NCBI GenBank assembly: GCA_964247055.1
Contig: OZ176055.1
Location: 8,556,001-8,620,000, forward strand
From: Paragordius varius
Taxonomy: Eukaryota; Animalia; Nematomorpha
Length of the DNA stretch: 64,000 nucleotides
Reading direction: 5' to 3'
In this document: one piece after another, positions 62,010 to 64,000 of the stretch
Layout: the number at the start of each line of letters is the position of its first letter
Numbering within the stretch: position 1 is the stretch's first letter
Program-made: the position numbers and the translations under genes
Notes under the pieces: generated by a model
The model's database searches: none
The model's input: only the letters and a program-made list of their open reading frames with translations
Told to the model about the DNA's origin: nothing

Positions 62010-64000
62010 TTAAATTTACCCTTAAACAATTCAAATTCACCCTTAAACAATTCAAATTCACTCTTGAACAATTCAAATTCACCCTAAAAATAAATTTTAT
62101 ATTTTCGGGCTAGTATAACTCATGATTAATATAAATTATATTCTTATGGCATAGTATATTATTTTTTCAGTATTATATTAAATTTAAACAAAACTTTATT
62201 TTTTGAAAATATAAAAAAATATAGTAATTTTTAATTTTAAAAAACACATAATCTATTTTAGGGTGAATTTCAATTGTTCGAGGGTGAAATTGAATTGTTC
62301 GAGGGTGTATTTGAATTGTAAACGGTAGTTAACCAATATAGTATAATGTGGTTAATCGTTAAAAAATGTTAAATAATTATGATGTTGATACAATAATTAC
62401 TAAATTAAATTATATAAATGGTAGTATATTAATTTAAAATTTGAATAGAGTATGTAATGTTATGTAAACCTTTATAATTGTTCAAATATATATATTATAT
62501 TCCATGAAAAGCATTTTTGCGATTAAATTTTTGTATAATATAGAAAATTATAGTTTATATATATGTTGTTGATAGAGCCTTTTTATTGTTTCACATGATT
62601 AAAATCAATTTATATGATGGTTTATTTTTAAAACATTTTCTTTTAAAAAAATTTTTTTATTACATACATTCAAGGTTGCGCATATACCGAAAAAACTGGA
62701 ACGTACATTAATACAGAGGGCCGATCTCAAACCACACTACAAGCCATAACACCCCCAGGCCGTGCCAAAGAGGATTGGAAAATTCTGAGAGCTTTTTCCG
62801 AATTTATACACGAATTTCAAGTTATACATAAACTTGTGAGCAGTGATCCTTTATCATTACCCAGGGGTACTCAACCCAATGCAACGGCAAAAAGTTTAAC
62901 TTCAACCCTAAGTGGGATAGGTGAATTGGATCAAGAGTTACAAACTATTACCACCGACAAAAATTTGACAAAGTATGTCTTTTTTTCAACAAAATGCATT
63001 CAATATATGTATATCATTTCAATTTTCATATTTTTCTGAAGTAAAGATCGATAATAATCCGTTTTAGCCACATAGTAGTGTTTGTACCTAGGTGTACTCA
63101 TAAATTTTAACCGATTTTTTTGGTAAAAAAACTATGCAATTTTGTAAGGAAACAAAATAATTTATTTTAAATTATAGACTTTTGAACATTTCGCCCATCT
63201 CTCAGGTAATATATAAATGCCATCTCATAAAAACTGATTTTATCTTGTGAAAAATTCTTCAAGCCATTTTTTAACGTTTTTTAAACTATCAAAGTGTTGC
63301 TATTTGGCGTTGATTCAAATCGTGGGGGACCCATTTTTTTCCGAGTATATTGGTCTCTCCTATTGCTCGTAGACATATATTGATTGTTTTTTGTGATATG
63401 TGGAATGCTTCTGCCAATTGTTGTTAAGTTTGAGTTGGTTTACCCAATAATTTTCGTACTTTAATCTCTTTGCAGTTGTGTGGTATAGAGTACTCACTCA
63501 TTTTCACGTGATATATTAATGTATCGTCTGCGTACTTTTCACTAGCTTCTTCTCTTAGTTAAATCGGTATAATTTATGACTACGTCTGGTATATAATGGT
63601 ATATTTTTGGTATATAAAGATAGATTTTTATTTATCTTCAACTTACGACCCTTTAAATTTATATTTAACACACTCGATGGAATATTGTTAGACACTTTTA
63701 TTCAAAAAAATATTTAAACCAATTATATTCAACTATGCATAGACCATGAATCAATATATGATTTTTGCAAACGTCTGACAACAATATGTATGATTAGTTT
63801 AAAATTTATGTACTGATTTCTTTCGTTATGGAACATTTTATCATAAGCAGTTATTATTTTAAAAAAGTCATAAAACTATTTGATGTAAAGCATTGTAGAT
63901 GATATCGCCATTCTAATTTTATAATTAAATCCTTGTTTCTAGACATTATGTGTTACCGTATGAAGATTTACGTGGAGTGCGTCATTTATTGCACACTTTG
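51514..64000 (+). CDS. NDUFS1: NADH:ubiquinone oxidoreductase 75 kDa Fe-S subunit (complex I); 3' end beyond the window
   Basis: Phase-compatible exons 51514-51672, 51933-52211, 52895-53031, 53971-54137, 55700-55853, 56593-56723, 57638-57769, 58808-58974, 60079-60225, 60957-61073, 61672-61894, 62675-62972, 63943->64000. Basic, hydroxylated presequence; [59 protein letters not shown]. Confidence 0.96.
53678..53952. mobile_element. MITE family A copy
   Basis: TA|CCATTTACA..TGTAAATGG|TA with 21-bp subterminal repeats. Confidence 0.72.
55230..55650 (-). mobile_element. Non-LTR retrotransposon (RTE-like LINE) 3' fragment in an NDUFS1 intron
   Basis: Minus-strand frames give [34 protein letters not shown] and GKDRRGRP..W, which match post-RT motifs of RTE/CR1-type LINEs. 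Confidence 0.72.
57248..57591. mobile_element. MITE family A copy
   Basis: TA-flanked CCATT(C/T)ACA TIR; several 21-bp AAACAATTCAAATTCACCCTT units on the left and their complements on the right. Confidence 0.75.
58405..58745. mobile_element. MITE family A copy
   Basis: TATA|CCATTTACA..TGTAAATGG|TATA; same internal core (CCCTAAAAATAAATTATGTG..ATAACTCATTATTAAT). Confidence 0.75.
59864..60043. mobile_element. MITE family C copy
   Basis: TA|CAGTAGCGTATGGCATAAAACAATGTTA..TAACATTGTTTTATGTCATACGCTACTG|TA. Confidence 0.78.
60339..60621. mobile_element. MITE family A copy
   Basis: TA|CCATTTACA..TGTAAATGG|TA. Confidence 0.72.
62006..62325. mobile_element. MITE family A copy next to a (TA)n tract
   Basis: 21-bp repeats and shared core; left end abuts the (TA)n microsatellite at about 61968-62005. 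Confidence 0.72.
63087..63812 (-). mobile_element. Internally deleted mariner remnant in an NDUFS1 intron
   Basis: Minus strand reads [35 protein letters not shown] and [21 protein letters not shown]; TA|CCTAGGTGTACTCATAAATTTTAACCG resembles a Mos1-type TIR, with a partial partner near 63795-63812. Confidence 0.8.

Noticed and set aside
1-64000. Assigning the source organism (e.g. a parasitic worm lineage)
   Set aside because: AT richness, tiny introns and divergent proteins are suggestive but not diagnostic; this needs phylogenetic placement of NDUFS1, OTUB1 and SLC12A9.

Overview
This is strongly AT-rich, intron-rich animal genomic DNA; the lineage cannot be assigned from sequence alone. 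I reconstructed nine protein-coding genes by hand, checking GT-AG phases: the 3' part of a flavin (polyamine-oxidase-like) amine oxidase (+), a 70-aa secreted micro-exon peptide gene absent from the ORF track (+), a class I myosin with a remodelled tail (+), an intronless divergent ARPC4 (+), SLC12A9 (-), OTUB1 (+), a neuropeptide precursor also absent from the ORF track that encodes the tachykinin-type peptide GPPEGFWGTR-amide (-), GTPBP2 with both catalytic-site residues substituted (-), and NDUFS1 (+, running off the window end). Introns and intergenic DNA carry two hAT/Blackjack-type elements with intact TIRs and 8-bp TSDs, two decayed mariners, a Penelope-like remnant with an inverted terminal repeat, an RTE-like LINE fragment and several MITE families. 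There is one 200-N assembly gap. Main leads: the two hidden secreted-peptide genes, a putatively hydrolysis-impaired GTPBP2, the myosin-I/ARPC4 pair, 25-38 nt introns, two head-to-head gene pairs with only 53 and 68 bp between start codons that share a TCATATGA palindrome, and an array of decoy splice acceptors in SLC12A9.
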